Of a DNA stretch of 64,000 nucleotides, positions 33,250 to 47,609 are shown one piece after another. The position numbers and the translations under genes were made by a program. Position 1 is the stretch's first letter. Each line of letters starts with the position of its first letter. The notes beneath the pieces were generated by a model. That model saw only the letters and a list, made by a program, of their open reading frames with translations, ran no database searches and was not told the DNA's origin. The DNA comes from Rhizaria sp. SCN 62-66 (lineage: Eukaryota): assembly GCA_001724265.1 (NCBI GenBank), contig MEDY01000256.1, positions 1 through 64,000 on the forward strand. The letters are read 5' to 3'.

Positions 33250-33870
33250 ATGTTTTCTGACGGCAAGATCCGCAACATCACGCTTGCGCAGTTCGTCGGC
33301 GTCGCGTTCGCCCTCATCTTCTTCATCGCGTCCTGCGTCGTCGCATCCTACGACTGCGGTCTCAAGATCGGCTGCGCTAACAAGGCCATCAGCGTCATTG
33401 GCATTACTAACGGTGAGGGCTTCATGATCGTCGGCTTCGCGCTCGCCTTCTTCGCGTACCTCGGTTCCGGCATCTACTACCTCAACCGCCAGCTCGGCAA
33501 GGTCGTCTATGGCTTCTACACTGCCACCACTGCCTACATGATCCTCGCGTCGCTCGTCATGGCCGTCTGGGCCGGCGCCAAGCTCAACACGCTCGACGAC
33601 CAGGCGCACACCGGCGGCATCGCCCTCGCGCTTGCCACCAACCTCGTCTCCTCGCTCAAGGCCATGATCGCTGGCGCGTCTCTGCTGCTCATCACCATGG
33701 TCGCCCTCCTCGCCCTCCTCGTGCTGTACAAGCCCCAGCTGTCGGAGCAGGACTCGATCGAGGCCGCCGCGGACCCCAACGCCGCGTACTCGGCGTCGTA
33801 CCAGAACTACGAGGTCCCCGCTGGCACCGTCAACCCTTACGAGCAGCACAGCGACAGCACCGCCATGTAA
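33250..33870 (+). CDS. Four-transmembrane protein (206 aa), unknown family
   Basis: Four hydrophobic segments, Cys in first loop, Tyr-containing acidic C-tail; strong codon bias. Confidence 0.8.
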   Translation: MFSDGKIRNITLAQFVGVAFALIFFIASCVVASYDCGLKIGCANKAISVIGITNGEGFMIVGFALAFFAYLGSGIYYLNRQLGKVVYGFYTATTAYMILASLVMAVWAGAKLNTLDDQAHTGGIALALATNLVSSLKAMIAGASLLLITMVALLALLVLYKPQLSEQDSIEAAADPNAAYSASYQNYEVPAGTVNPYEQHSDSTAM

Positions 33871-34429
33871 GTCGCATCAGCTTCACTTGAATAATGACAT
33901 CAAAGCGAGCCAATACCATATGGTAGGCTAGCGGCAGTGATGGTGCATGACGGATGACGTTTTGTGGCGTCAACGTTGTTGTCGTCATTGCTGCATATTG
34001 TTGTTTGTGGGTGTAGTTTGTGTGATTGAGTGGGCGATGTTTATATTGTCGTTCGTTGTGTTCGTTTGTTTGGTTTTGAGTGCTTGTTAGATAGCGTGGT
34101 TATCTACATGAGATGTATCTCTCTTTATTTCTTTCAGATGTATTTTTATTTCAAGAATAATGTCCGTATTGCAACAAGGCATACTCTTACTTTGTCGTAA
34201 TACACAACAAATCTTTCAACACTAGCCTGAAAAACCATACGAATGACATCATCCACTTTCCGATAACATAAAATATGTATTACAGCAATAGCTTGATATA
34301 TGCATAACATTATCAAGCAGGTCGTTTTATATTTCCTTTCAATCGTTTTCCTTTTCTGCAACTATGTAAGAAGAATACGAGGTGTACTTAGGTACTTGGC
34401 CCCGCAATGCGTGCCCCTAGCCGCGCCCC

Positions 34430-37400
34430 TTAGACGGAGCGGCGCAGGAGCTGATCGCACTCGAGCGCAAAGACGGTGCGCAGCTCGCGCTGCAGCGTCT
34501 TGCCGGCGCGCCACTGCACCATGTTGAGCTCGTCGATTTCGGCGGCGCCAAACACGCCCGCGCTGCCCGCAGTCACGGCGGCGGCGCGCGCCACGTTGCC
34601 GCCCGCAGCGCCCGCAGCGGTGTTGGAGCCGGCGCTGGGGGCCTGGGAGCGCGCGGCGAGGAGGCAGCGCATGTACTTGGTCCAGACGGCGACGTTGGTG
34701 GCGCCGAAGCGCGCCACGGCGGCCTCGTACACGGCGCGCAGCCGCGCCGCGGGAGGGACCGTGGCGAGCGGGGAGCCCACGGTGCCGTTGCCCGCGGCAT
34801 CGACCGTGGCGGCCGTGACGGGCGCCGTCAGCGCGGCGGCCGCGGCGAGGTCGGCGGCGCGCACCTCAACGTCCATGGCGAGCAGGTAGTCGTCGGCCGT
34901 GGCGAGGATGGAGCCGGCGACGAGGTCCACGGGCGCGGTGACGAGCGCGAACTGGCGCGTCCACAGCCTGCGCAGCTGCTGCTCGTGGCGCGCGCGGCGC
35001 TGCTGCTGCTGGTGCTGCACGGGCGGCAGCGGCGAGTGCGGGAAGGTCAGCGCCAGCGCGGGGCCTGACACCAGCGGCAGCGCGGCGATGCTCAGCGCCC
35101 ACTCCAGGTACGCCTGCTTCACCTCGGCCAGCGCCGCGCGGGCCATCTGCGCGCGCGACGCGGCGGCGGCGGCGCGCGCGGCGGCGGCGGCGGCCGTGGC
35201 CGTGCTGGCGGTGCCACATGCCGCCGCCGAGTGCGCCGAGGCGGCGGCCGTGGCCGCGGCGGTGAAGTAGGACACGGCGCGCGAGTAGTCGTCGCCGATG
35301 GACGAGAGGAACGAGAGCTGCAGCGACGCGCGCTCGACCTCGGCCTCGGCCACGGCGGCGGCGGCAGCGGCAGCGGCGACCGCGCTGTCACTGCCGCTCG
35401 TGGTGAGAGCGAGCGTGACTGCGTGGCGCGCGGAGGCGTCGAGGAGGAAGCGCCAGAGCTTGCGCGCAGTGTTAAGGTCGCTGCAGGAAGTCAGGCCGCT
35501 GTCGACCCACGCACGCACGCGCGCCCACGCCTGCTTAGGCGACCCCACAGCAGCAGCAGCAGCAGTGGCGGCGGCAGGAGCACTGCTAGTCACAGGCTCA
35601 GCAGCAGCAGCTGCGTTGCCCTTCTTGCTCTTGCCGTTGGTCTTGGAGGAGCTGGAGACGGCGGCCGCAGAGACGGGCGCCGCGGCAGCGGGCAGGTAGG
35701 CCTGCGTGTGTGCGTCGGCCGCGACCTGCACGATGACGGCCCACAGCAGGCCCAGCGCGGCCGTCTCCTGCTCCGCGCCCGCCGCCGCGGAGGCGGCCGC
35801 GGCGGCAGCGACGGAGACCGAGGCAGACAGAGGCACCGCGCCGACCGCCTGCAGCTGCTTCGCGGCCGCTGAGGAGCCGGAGCCGGAGTTGCCGTGCGAG
35901 GGCGGGCGCGCGGGCCCCGCGACGGGGGCGGGCGGGAGCAGCGCGCCGGAGCGGGCCGCGAAGGCGATCACGGCGCCCAGGTCCGACGGGTCGCTCACGG
36001 TCGCATCGCCGTCGTCCTTAGCGTCGTCGTCACCTGTCTTGGCAGCGGTGTTTTTGGCGGTGAGCGCGGCGAGCGCGGCGTCGACGGCGGCGAAGTCGGC
36101 CACAGCGGCGCCCGCCTGCAGCAGCACGCCAATCCACACGGCCAGCAGCGGCGCGCGCGCGCACTTGGCCGCGGCGGCGCGGTGGCACAGCGTGATGAGC
36201 GCGTCGCGCCAAACCAGCACCTGCACCTGCGCCTGCGCAGCGACGCCCGCGGCGTCGGCGGCGGCCGCGCTGCCCGCGCCGCCCTCTGCGGCGGCTGCGG
36301 CGGCGTCGGCGGCCAGTGCGGCGGCCGTGGCCGAGTAGGCGTTGAGGCGGCCCGCGAAGAAGGCTGCGGCGAGCGAGAACATGCGCGGGGTAGGCCGCGC
36401 GTGCAGCGCCTGCTCGTAGCGCGCCACCGAGGCGGCGTCGCGGCCCACGAAGCGCGCGCTCAGCAGGCGCGCCCCCGCGTAGCGCGCAAGGTAGCCCGCG
36501 GCCAGCGGCGCAGGCAGCGCGCCGCGGGAGCGCTTGCTCGAGCTTGAGCGCTTGGAGGATGCGGGCTTGACGGCGGGGACCGAGTGGAGCAGACAGAGCA
36601 GAGTGCCGATGTCGGCGTTGTCCGCGCCGGGGCTCAGATCCTCCGTGTACGTCGCCTTCACAGCGTCGGCAGTCTCAGCAGCGGCAGCGTCGGTGGTGTT
36701 GCTGCTGTCGGCGACCGAGGCGACTGCGGCGGTGGCGATGGACGCGGGGGCCGGCGACAGAAGCGCGGCGCGAGCGCGGGCGTCCCACACGGCCTCGTCG
36801 TGCGGCGCGAGCGCCAGCGCCGCGGTCAGGATGTGCGTGTAGAGCGAGTCGATGTCGGCGCCGACGAAGCGCAGGCAGTCGGCGGTCAAGGGCACCAGCT
36901 TGTGAACCTGAGCAGCGAAAGCGTAGCAAAGATTCAAGAAGAGATAAGAAACTGTGAGAATGAGAAAACTTGACAAAAACAACACAAAGTACTAAAAAGT
37001 GCTCACAATTACCCTTAAATTACAAAATATCGACGTACTTCCTGTGCGGAGCGGAGCTTGTGTCCGTAGCCGCCGGAGCTGCCCAGCGTGTCTTCCTCGA
37101 CGCTGCGCGAGCGCATCGCCTGGAGCGGGATCTGCGCCTCGGGCGCGTTAACCCACTGCGCGACAAGCGGGAGGAAGCCCAGCGCAAAGCTCGGGTCCGC
37201 GGCGAGCGCGGGCTCGCGCAGCGCGTTGCGGAAGATGGTGAGCGGGACGACGCCCGAGAGCACGGCGCGGTCGGTCGGCGAGAGCTGGGGCAGGGCGGCG
37301 ACGTCGACGTGCCCGTCCAAGCCCAGGACGTCGCGGGCCGACTCGGCGGCGTCGGCGGCGGCGTCGAAGGCCTCGCCCGCGGCCTCGGCGCGCGCCTGCC

Positions 37401-38070
37401 GCGCCTTGCGCGCCGCGAGGTCGGCCTTGTGCTGGGTGAGCTGGGGCTCGGTGGGGATGTCGCCCAGCACCGCTTTGCGCTGCGCGAGCCGGCCCACGTA
37501 GCGCACCTCCATGCGGAAAAACTCGCGCCAGAGCAGCTCCGAGGCGGGGTTGAGGCGCAGGCCGCGCTGGAAGTAGACGCGCGCCATGTCGATGTTGCCC
37601 GTCGTCTCGTAGTGGTACAGCGCCGCCTTGAGCCACAACGCCGGCACCAGCGGGTGGTGCTGCAGCGCCAGGGGGAAGACGTGGTCCAGACGCTTCGCGG
37701 CGCCCTGCGCGGCCGCCCAGTCGATGTATTGCAGCCAGAGCGAGAGGTCGTTGGTGAACTTGCGCGTCGCGCGCGTGAAGAGGAAGTGGATGTGGCGCAC
37801 GATGGCGAAGTCGCTCACTGAGGCACGTGCAAGGGAGAGGTTCAGCCGCGTCTTGCGCGCGCGGCGCAGCGTGTCAAGGTTCATCTCGTACTGGATGTAG
37901 CGCAGGAAGTCGTCGAGGATGGGCACGCGGCGGATGAGCGCGTACTCAAAGTGTGTCCGCTTCTTGACGATGGAGCGGATCTCGGACGGCGAGAAGAGGC
38001 CGCGGACCTTGTAGTCGTGCAGCTCGGGCACCATCTTCTCCAGCGTCTGCTGGACGGTTTCGATACTCAT
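34430..38070 (-). CDS. UTP6: U3 snoRNA-associated protein 6 (HAT repeats), about 1169 aa; exons 38070-37039 and 36907-34430
   Basis: N-terminal VQQTLEKMVPEL...GLFSPSEIRSIVKKRTHFEY...YIQYE, HAT repeats (LWLQYI, ARVYFQRGLRLNP, LWREFFRME); phase-0 GTACGT...CTCAG intron. Confidence 0.92.
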
Positions 38071-38894
38071 CCGGCAGCAACGCTGGTGTGTAGAAAGCAG
38101 AGGCAATGCGGGTTGACAAACGTGGGGAGTGTAATGGCGTGGAGATAAGGTGAGAACGAGCGGGTGGGCAAGACAGTACGTGGGACGAGTGCTGGGAGAG
38201 GCAAGTTGTGTTTTCAAGGGCAATGAAACAACAATTTAATAATTTGAAGCACATAAAATCTGCACATAAAGCGGTGACGTTAACGACGGTTGTTTATACC
38301 CGACTTTTGATGATCTTGCGCAGCGCACTCGTCCACTTTGACCGAAGTCGACTCTCGGTGGCAATTTTTTGCGAACCTTCCGGATCTTCTTATGTGGTGT
38401 GTGGCTGTGAAAGTGACCACTGAACAAAGTGGGTGTTGGGTACTTTTCGTTGTTGTCCAGTGGCCCAAAGCAGTGTTTTTACCTTTATCAAGTCGCTTAT
38501 TAGATCATATCTTTTGCTAAGTGCTCTGCTACGCACGGCGACTCAGATCGCCTCTTTGTGAAGCGGACCCTAAGACGACCGTTCAGAAGGTGTTGCACTG
38601 CCTTCCAACGACCTCAGCTCTCCATTATAATCTCGTCAACCTGCATGCTTCCACCGCCACACTGCCCTTGCACTAACCTTTCTTCATATGCATGCGTTAA
38701 TATCCTGTTTCTGTTTGTATCCCACTAAAGCGGGGTTTGGTTCCCTTGCCAGACGCACACCGCTTCCCACTCCACCCGATTCTCCGTCGGCAACACCAGC
38801 TCGCTAACCCTTGTGCCTTACTTCACAAGCCCACCTTTCCCGCGGGTCACGCGCGCCTGTGCAACATCCTGCCCAGCCGCAGCCCTTGGCAGTC

Positions 38895-39643
38895 ATGTCT
38901 TCGTTCACACCGCCCTCCGCCGCCCTGGCGCCGGATCCCCCCCTCGTTTGCCCCACCACAGCCGCCGCCACCTCAGGAGCGGGCTCCGATGCCGCGGCCG
39001 TCGCCTGCGGCGGCGTTGACGCAGCCGGCGCTGTGATTCTTGGCGCCCTGTACGGCCCTGCGCTGCCGCTGCAGGGCAAGGGTGCTTTCGTGCCGCCTCA
39101 GGCAGCCACCGACAGCTCCGTCATGGCCGCAACCGCTCCTGAGGCGTCACTCGCGCCCGGCGCTCAGGCTGCTGCGCATGCCGCGGCTTCGGCCGACGCG
39201 TGCGAGACGACGACCGCGGTTACGAGTAGCAGCAATGATAACGATGCCGGCAGCCGCAGCGACCTCGCCGGCCTCCAGTCGGAGCACGAATGCGAGGGCG
39301 GCGGGCATGGCACTGCTCGCAACGATCCTGACGACGACGCCAACAGCCCCCCCGGCCACGGGCACGGGCACGGGCACGGGCACGGACAGAGCCACTCCGA
39401 CGACACGGGCAACGCATCCGACTCGCACAGCCCCGACCCGGACGCGCGGCGGCTTAACTTCCCGCCGCTGGACTCGCGTCCGACCTTCGACCGCGCGACC
39501 TCTGTCGATGCCTCGAGCGCGCTGCCGCCACCGCACACTGAGGAGGCGCACACACCGGCGCTGGCGCGCATCCTGGCCGTGTCCGAGGACGACTCGGACC
39601 TCTACCAGTCCCAGCACACTGACCCCGGCAGCACCACTGCGGC

Positions 39644-39674
<31 letters not shown>

Positions 39675-42600
39675 GCGGCAGCAGCGGCGGCGACTGTCAG
39701 CGACGTGCTGACCTCGTCCGCGAGCGGGGGCCTCGCCGCGAACGCGGGCGCGGGCGCGGCGGCGACGGCGGCAGTGACGCTGACCGCGGCCGACCTTTCC
39801 AAGGAGCCCGTGCTGCCGCCGGCCGCGCCCTGCCCCGAGCCCTGCCCCCGCGCCGACTCTGGCTCCGCTGCGGCCGGCGGCGGGCTGGCCGTGAGCGCCT
39901 CCGGCGGCGGCTGCGACCCGCTGGTGCCGCCGCGCACCCCATCGCGGCTGTCGCGCATGATCCAGGGCGCCGGCTCCGCCTCCGCAGCGGCCGCGACGCC
40001 CGCTATGGACGCGGACTCCTCGAGCCACTCGACTGCCGCGGCGACGCCGCTCACCGCGCTGTCGCCGGCCGCACTTCCCACGGTCGCTAGCGGCGCCCAG
40101 GCCAACCTCACAGTCAATCACCCTGTCAGCCAGACTGCGGGGTTGCTGCCCCACGGCCTGCTGTCGCCGCTAGCGATCACGACCTCGCTCTCGGGCGCCA
40201 GCCTCGCCGGGACTAACAGCGGCGGCCTCCCCGGGACTAACAGCGGCAGCGGCGGCGGCGGCGGCAGCAGCAACAGCAACGCGACCGCCCTGTCCGCGGC
40301 CGCCGCCGCGAGCGCCGCCGCGACTGCCGCCGCGCTACAGTCTGACATCACACTCAAGCTGGCCGAGGTTGCGCGCATGAAGCTCATCATCGAGCAGCAG
40401 GAGGAGTTGCTGCGGTCCGCCTCGGCCACCGCGGCCGCGGCTGCCGCCGCCAAGGCTGCCGCGCTCGCCGCGAACGCCAGCGCGGGCTCCATCGCGGCCG
40501 CCGGCCCCGTGACTGGCGCCAACGCTGTTGCTGGCGCCGGCGCCTACTCCGGCGCTGAGAATGACAGCGATGACGAGGTCGACGGCGCGCGCACGCTGAG
40601 CTCGAGCGGCGGCTCTCCGCTGCCGGCGGGCCCTCGCCACAGCGCGACGCTGCTTGCGCCGCTGGGCGCGTACACGGCCTACATGGCCACGGGCGCGGCG
40701 TACACGGCCCCGGGCACGGCGAACACAGCTGCGAAGGCAGCTGCAGAGGGGGGCGACGGGGAGTCGGCCGCGCTGCCCGCCGTGCCTGTGCCCACGGTCA
40801 TCCACCCAAACAACGCCAACACCGACCGGATGACCACCGGTGTGCGTGCTGCGCCCGACGACGGCGACGACGGCGGCGACGACGACGACAGCGGCGACGA
40901 TAGCGACCTGTGCGATGAGGGCGGGGACCTGGTCATGTCGCCCACCAACGCGGCGCTCGCGCTCGCGTCCCGCGGGTCGCGCGTCGGGCCGTCTACGTCG
41001 AGCCTCATTGCTGGCGGCGGCGGCAGCGGCGCCGCCTCTGGCAACCACGCGGGGTCCGCTCTCTCCTCCACAGCCTTCTCAGCGTCGGCGTCTGCGTCGG
41101 CTTCTGTGTCAGCGTCAGCGTCGTCGTCGTCCAGTGCTACCAGTGGGGGCGGAGACGGGCGCGGCGACGGGCGCGGCGAGGTGGGGCGGCTGGGACGCAC
41201 TGCGAGCGGTCGCCGGCTGCAGACGCTACCCTCCAACGCACAGCCCCAGTCGTCCCAGTCTCAGTCTCAGTCGCAGTCGCAGGCTGAGGCGGTGCTGTCG
41301 CCCGGTGTCGTACCGTCGGTGATCCCCCTCGCCACTGTCGCCACAGGGGCTGATGGCCGTGGGGGGAACCCAACGCTGCTGCCGACGGCGCCGTCAATCA
41401 TGGTTACGCCTCCGTCGCCCCACGGCAGCAACACAAGCAATGTCAATAGCAATAACAACAACAACAGCAGTGTTGACCCGAGTCCGAACTCAAACACGAG
41501 CGGACACAGCAACAGCCGGCTGAAGCCCATCACCAGCACCGGCCTTAGTAACAACAACAACATCAACAACAATAACAACAGCCTCACCGCTCCCTCCGGC
41601 CCCGGCGTCGCCCCCAGCCCGAGAGCGGCCGGCAGCGGCGTCGGCAGCGGCGACCAGTCGAGTCTACGGGTCTTCAGCGGGTACTTAGAGAAGGAGACCT
41701 CGGGCTTCTTCCGCCGCTGGCAGCGCCGCTGGTTCGTACTTCTGGCCACGGGCAACCTAGTGTACTACGACGACGAGGCCGCCGCAACGTCGTCCTCCGC
41801 CGCCGCCGCGGCCGCCGCGGACAAGCGCATCATCATGCTGCTGCCGACCTCCGTTGCGCGGACCCCGCCGACCGAGGCGGGCTCGTCGCGGCCGCACCAG
41901 ATCCTGCTCGAGAGCCACGCTAAGGGGCGCACGCGGCAGCTCCGGCTCTCGTGTGAGAGCGACGAGCTGCGCGCGGCGTGGGTAGCCGCCATCAATACGG
42001 TCATCCGCGCCACTCTCACGCTCGACACGACCTCCCCGCTGCTCTATGATGACCTCTCGCTCGACCGCCGGCTCCGCGCGGGCGCAGTCGTCCAGCGCAC
42101 GGCGCGCGCGCGCGACTGGCGGCCGCGCTACCTGACGTTGTCGGCCAACGCGCTGTGCGTGTACAAGGCCGAGAGCGACCGCGCGCCGTGCCTCGTCATC
42201 CGCCTCACCCCCAACACGAGCTACAACGAGGAGGGCTCGGGCGGACCCGGCGCACCCTTCGTCTTTTCGGTCGGCGTCGACGCCGCGGCGGACCCCGCGG
42301 CGGCGGCCAGCGCAGACGCCGTCACGGCCTCGGCGGTCGGCGCCGTCATCGCCGCTAGCGCGGCCAGCGCCGGCGCCAGCGCGGGCGGCGGCGGCGGGCT
42401 GACTGGGGGCGCGCAGGGGCCCGGCGCCCACGCGACCGCCGCGGGCTCGGCTGCCACCGCCGCGGGCGCCGGCGCCGGCACCAGTCTGATGGATCCCGCG
42501 CTGTCGCCGTCGTCACAGAGCGGCGGCGGCTCCGGGGACGGCGGCAGCGGGTCCGTGTCGGCGTTCGGAATCGCGCCCGCGACCTCGGAGCCGCGGTTCC

Positions 42601-45600
42601 ACCTTTTCGCCGTGGCGACTGCGGCCGAGGCCGAGGCGTGGGTGCAGGCGCTGCAGACGGCCGTGTCGGCGCAGAACGAGGCCAAGATCTCCCAATACGC
42701 ACGCGAGCGCGGGCTCCCCAGCGCCGCGCCAGCGCTGCTCGGCGCGCCGCTTTCGCCCACCAGCGCCGCGGCCGACGGAGGCAGCGGGGACTGGACGGGG
42801 ATGACCGTGGGCAGCGGGCTGGGCGCGGGCGGCGTGCCTGCGACGAGCTCAACGCTGGCGGCGATGGGGCCCGGCACGGTGCTGCCGGGCACTGCGAGCT
42901 CGCTCGTGAACCAGACGCTGCAGGGCCACCGCGCTGCCGCCTACCGCAACTCGCTCATCCACGCCAGAGACGGCAACGCTGCCGCCGGCGCCGCCGCTGG
43001 CGCCCACGGCCACGGTCAAGGCCGCGCCAGTGACAAGGAGCAGCCGCTGCAACAGACCGGCTCCGCTGCCGAGCTAACCGGGGACGTCACCGGCGTCGAC
43101 GACGCGCAGAGCGGGTTTCTCGCGCTGTCTGCGCTGGCCGGCACCAAGGGCGGCTTCGTGGGGCCCGGCGCGGCGGGGCTGTCGATGACCAACGCGAGCG
43201 TGCCGACCCACGTCACGCTGACGCTCACCGACGCCGCGCGCGCCGCCGCCGCTGTCCGAGTTACTTCCTTCAAGGGCCAATCGCAGGCGCAGACGCAGAG
43301 CCAGGCGCCGGCGCAGCGGAGTGGCGGTAGCGCGCAGCAGTCGCGGGGCCGGCGCGACTCGCTGGACGACTCGAAGCCCCTCGCGCGCGGGCATCAGCCC
43401 ATGCCGCGCCTCGCGTCCGTGTTCGCTGACGACGGCGACGGCGACGCGTCCCCCGCGGCCGCCGCCGCCGCTGCCGCCGCCGAGGTGGCGAAGCAGGCGC
43501 GCAGGGCCGAGGTCGCCGCTGCCGAGGCCGCCGCCGCCGCGGCCGCCGCGGAGACCGAGGACGGTGAAGACACGGCTGCAGCCACGGCGGCCGCGCGGCG
43601 GAGCAGCGTGCTGCAGTCGAACCCTGGCCTAGCACACCGACAAGCGATGCTGGCGCAGCAGCAGCTGCACTTGGAGCAGCAGATTGCGCTCCTGCGGCAG
43701 CAGCAGCAGCTGCTTGAGCTCTCGGCCGCCAACGGCCACAGCGCGCAGGAGGCCCGCGAGGCCGCTACCGCCGCGGCCGCGGCCACCACGCTCGTCTTCC
43801 AGCAGCAGCAACAGCAGCAGCAGCAGCAGCAGTTCCAGACCTATACGGCTGGCGCCGCAGCGGCGGCTGCCGCCGCCGCCGCGGCCGCCGCCGGGGTGGT
43901 GGGCGCGTCCCCCGCGGCGGCGGCGCAGCTGCAGCAGCTCCAGCGTCGGTCCGTGGTCGACCTGGCGCCCGCGGTGGCGCCCGGGACCTACCTCACGGTC
44001 ACCGCGGCACAGCGCGGCAGCGGCAGCGGTGGCGGCGTCGGCGGGGACGCGACGGTGACGATCCGTGACAGTGCGCTCATCCACCAGCACTCCTCCGTCA
44101 CCGGCTCCGGCTACGGCAGCAGCGCCAGCGGCAGTGCGACCACGGCTGCTGCTGCGGCGGCGGCGGGCTTGGGCCAGGGCCGCGTGATCCCGCCGCACCT
44201 GCTGCAGTTCGCGGCGCAGTCGGGCGCGCTGGCGCATGGCATGACTGTCGGCGGCGCCACCATGTACAACAACGTCAACAGCGCCAACGCGGGCGCGGGC
44301 GGCAGCGGCAGCGCCGGCAGAGGCTGGCGGCTCTCCATGCCGGGGCCCGCAACCGCTTCCACTGCGAACGCTCCCGCCAACGCCAATGCCAGTGCGAGCG
44401 CCGGTATGCGCGCGTCCCCCGCCCCGCGGCCCCCGTCGGCACAGGGCGTGTCACTGACCGCCTTCTTCAACGCGACGTACCAGCCCGGCGCGGGCACGGC
44501 CGGCCAGGGCCAGCACGGCCACGGCAGCGGTCACGGCAGCCACGGCCACGGCCACGGACACGGCCACGGCCGGCCGCCACTGAACCCGTCGCCGCAGCCC
44601 CTCAGCAGCGCCGACCACGGCGCCGGCACTGGCGTTGGCGCTGCGAGCGCCAGTGGGAGCACCGGCCGGGGCGCTCGCGCGGTCACGTTCGACCATCTGA
44701 GGGGCGGCCTAACTTTCGCGAACAACGACGCCGCGACGCTGGCGGCCGCGCTCGAGATGCGCCACCACGTGCAGCAGCTGCGCCTCCAGCAGCAGCAACA
44801 GCAGCAGCAGCTGGGCGGCGGCGGCGGCGGCGGCGACGACGACTCTGCGCAGCAGCAGGGCTCTCTGGGCCTGGGGCCTGGGGACGCGCAGGCGGCGGCG
44901 GGGTGGCAGGCCGCGTGGCAGCGCCGCCAGTCTGCGCTGAGCCCGCTCTTCGGGCTGCCCGCCGCCGCGCTGGCGGCCAACTCGGCCGCAGCGGCCGCGG
45001 GCGCCCAAGGTCATCCCGCCGCGGCGGCCGCGGGCGTCGTCGACGCGTGCCTGCGCGCGCCCTTCACGCCGCTGCCCGCGGCGGCGCTGCGGCGCATTGT
45101 CACGCCGTCCAAGGACGACATCTGCTACACGCACACGCGCGCACTGGCGGGCTTTCTGCGCGTGCACGAGACGCGCGGCCGCTTTTCGCGCGCGCAGGCC
45201 CCGCAGAGGCGCTTCTTCGTGCTCTCCAACGCGTGTCTATACTGGTTCGCCAGCGAAGACGACGCGTCGCCGCAGGGCTACATCGCGCGACGCCGCGCGC
45301 TGGGCGCCGTGGCCGTGGGGGGCGCCGAGGTCATGTTCGTGCCTGATGCGACGCTTAACAGCAGCAGCAACGGCTCGCTCGGCATCGGCTGCGGGTTCGC
45401 CATCACGCCGCACGCGCGCGCGGGCGCCAACGCCGCCAGCGCTGGCGGCTCTGGCTCCGGCAGCTCCAGCAGCAAGGCGTCCAGCAGCGGCAGCTCCGCC
45501 GCCCCGGGCGCCGGCGGCGGCGCGGGCAGCGGCGGGGCGATCGTGTCCGGCGTGACGGTGCTGCTCGAGGCCGAGACGCTGCCGTCGCGCGACGAGTGGA

Positions 45601-45667
45601 TTCGCCGCCTGCGCTACACCGCGGGCACCTACGTCACCGCGCCGCTCCCGCCACTGCAGGCCTACGC

Positions 45668-45714
<47 letters not shown>

Positions 45715-47609
45715 TGCCGCGGTCATTGTCGCAGGCCCCGTCGCCCGCGCCCGCACTTGCGCTGTCGCACAGCAACTATACCGCCGCGTCCACCGCCCCC
45801 TCGGCTGCGGGCACAGCCACGGGTCCCACGGGTCCCATGGGTGCCGCGGGTCCGGCGGGTGCCGCGCCGGCGGCGATCGCGGGGACTCCGGCGTCGCCCT
45901 CCGGCAGCAGCTCCGGCGACGCCCGCTCCAAGCTCTCGGCGCGCCGGCCCTCGTCCTACACGTCCACGGGCGGCACATACGCCTCGGGCATCTACCCCGC
46001 TGGCTTCGGCGCCGGCGCGGACGCCGTCTACTCGGCCGCCGACCCCGCTGCCGCCGCCGCGGCAGCAGCCGCGGCCGCCTCCGCCGCGGCCACCGCGCTG
46101 GCTGCCGGCGCTGCCGCGGCCGCGGGCCCCTCGGCCGCCGAGACGCGGCCTAAAGGGTTGTATACACGCGCGCCCAGCTACAACGCGCAGGCCGGCACGG
46201 GCACCAGCGCCGCAGCGGCTGCTGCGGAGGCCGCGGCGGTGTACGAGGGCTACGGCCTGACGATGCCGGTCGGGGCCGCGGCGGCGGCGGCGGCGGCGCT
46301 GCGGGCGCATCAGGCCTCCGGCCACGGCCTCGGCCTCGGCCACGGCCACGGGGGCGTTGCGGTCAGCGGTAGCGCCGCGTCGTATCACAACCACGGCGGC
46401 AACGGCCACAGCGGCGGCGGGGCGGGGAGCGTGAGCATGAACAGTAACCCGAACAGTGTGGTCAACAGCGCGGGTGTCGTCGTGCGGTCCTCGTTCTACG
46501 ACTCGGCCACGCGCAAGCACTCGAGCACGCTCGACTTCACCTCCAACGCCGCCAACAACGGGAGCGGCAACGGCAACGGGAGCGGGACGAGCGGGAACGC
46601 TGCGAACGTGCACCCTGGCAGCGACCCGACCTACGGCGGCGGGCTTATGCTGCACGGCGGCGCTGTCGCCACCAGCGCGCACGGCAACGGCAACGGCAAC
46701 GGCAACGGCGGCGGCGGCGAGGGCCAAGTCGACGCGCTGTCGGAGATGGAGGGCTGGTTGCTGCGCAAGGGCCGCTCGCAGACGTGGCGCCGCCGCTACT
46801 TTATCCTGGGCGAGGGCGCGGCGGCCGGCGAGCCCTACACGCTGCGCTACTGGGACGCGCGGCCGCAACCGGCGGCGCCGCGGCAGAGCCTGGGCCCGCT
46901 GCCGCTGCGCCAGCGGCCCAGCGGCGTGCTGCCGCTGGCGGGTGCCGTCGTCACGCTGTCTGCGCCGCAGGAGCTGGGTGTGTTCCCGCTGACGCTCACG
47001 CTGCTCGACGGCAGCGTGGCGCGGCTGGCCGCGACGACGCCGCAGCAGGCCGCCGCGTGGGCCGCCGCGATACGCGGACTCGCACTCGAGCTCTCGCTCT
47101 GCGGTGCGCCCGCGCTGCCGCCTGCGCTGGCGCAGGCGCGCGCGGCAGTCGTCCACGGCGGCTACCTGGCCTACCTTAAGGGTGAGAGCTGGCTGCGCGC
47201 CTTCTTCGTCGTCCGCACCAGCAGCGCCGGCAACGCGGGCGCAGGCGCGGGTGGCCACGGCGCGCACACGCACACGCACGCGAACGCAGGCGGCGGCAAT
47301 GGCGGTGCGGTGAACGTGTCTAACGCGAGCATCGCGAGCACGGCGGGGAGCGCGCCCGGCGACACGAGCGGGGCGGCGAGCGTCACCGCGGCGACGCTGA
47401 CCACGCTGGCCGTGTTCCCGACGCACGCGGCGCTGGGCGGGCCGCCGCTGGCCGAGGTGGGGCTGCGCGGCACGCTGCTTAGCATGGTGCCCAGCGACGA
47501 GTACGACCGCCGGCTCGTGTTCCGCCTCGCGTTCCCGCAGGGCATGCAGTTCACGTGCGCGGCCGACGACGAGGCCGACTACGAGGGCTGGGTCCGCGTG
47601 CTCGGGTAA
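38895..47609 (+). CDS. Intronless giant (about 2904 aa) with about five PH domains in low-complexity sequence
   Basis: PH-type starts SGYLEK..WQRRWFVL (41670), DWRPRYLTL (42110), AGFLRV..RRFFVL (45150), EGWLLRKG..WRRRYFIL (46750), GGYL..WLRAFFVV (47155), each closed by a Trp-containing helix. Confidence 0.85.
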
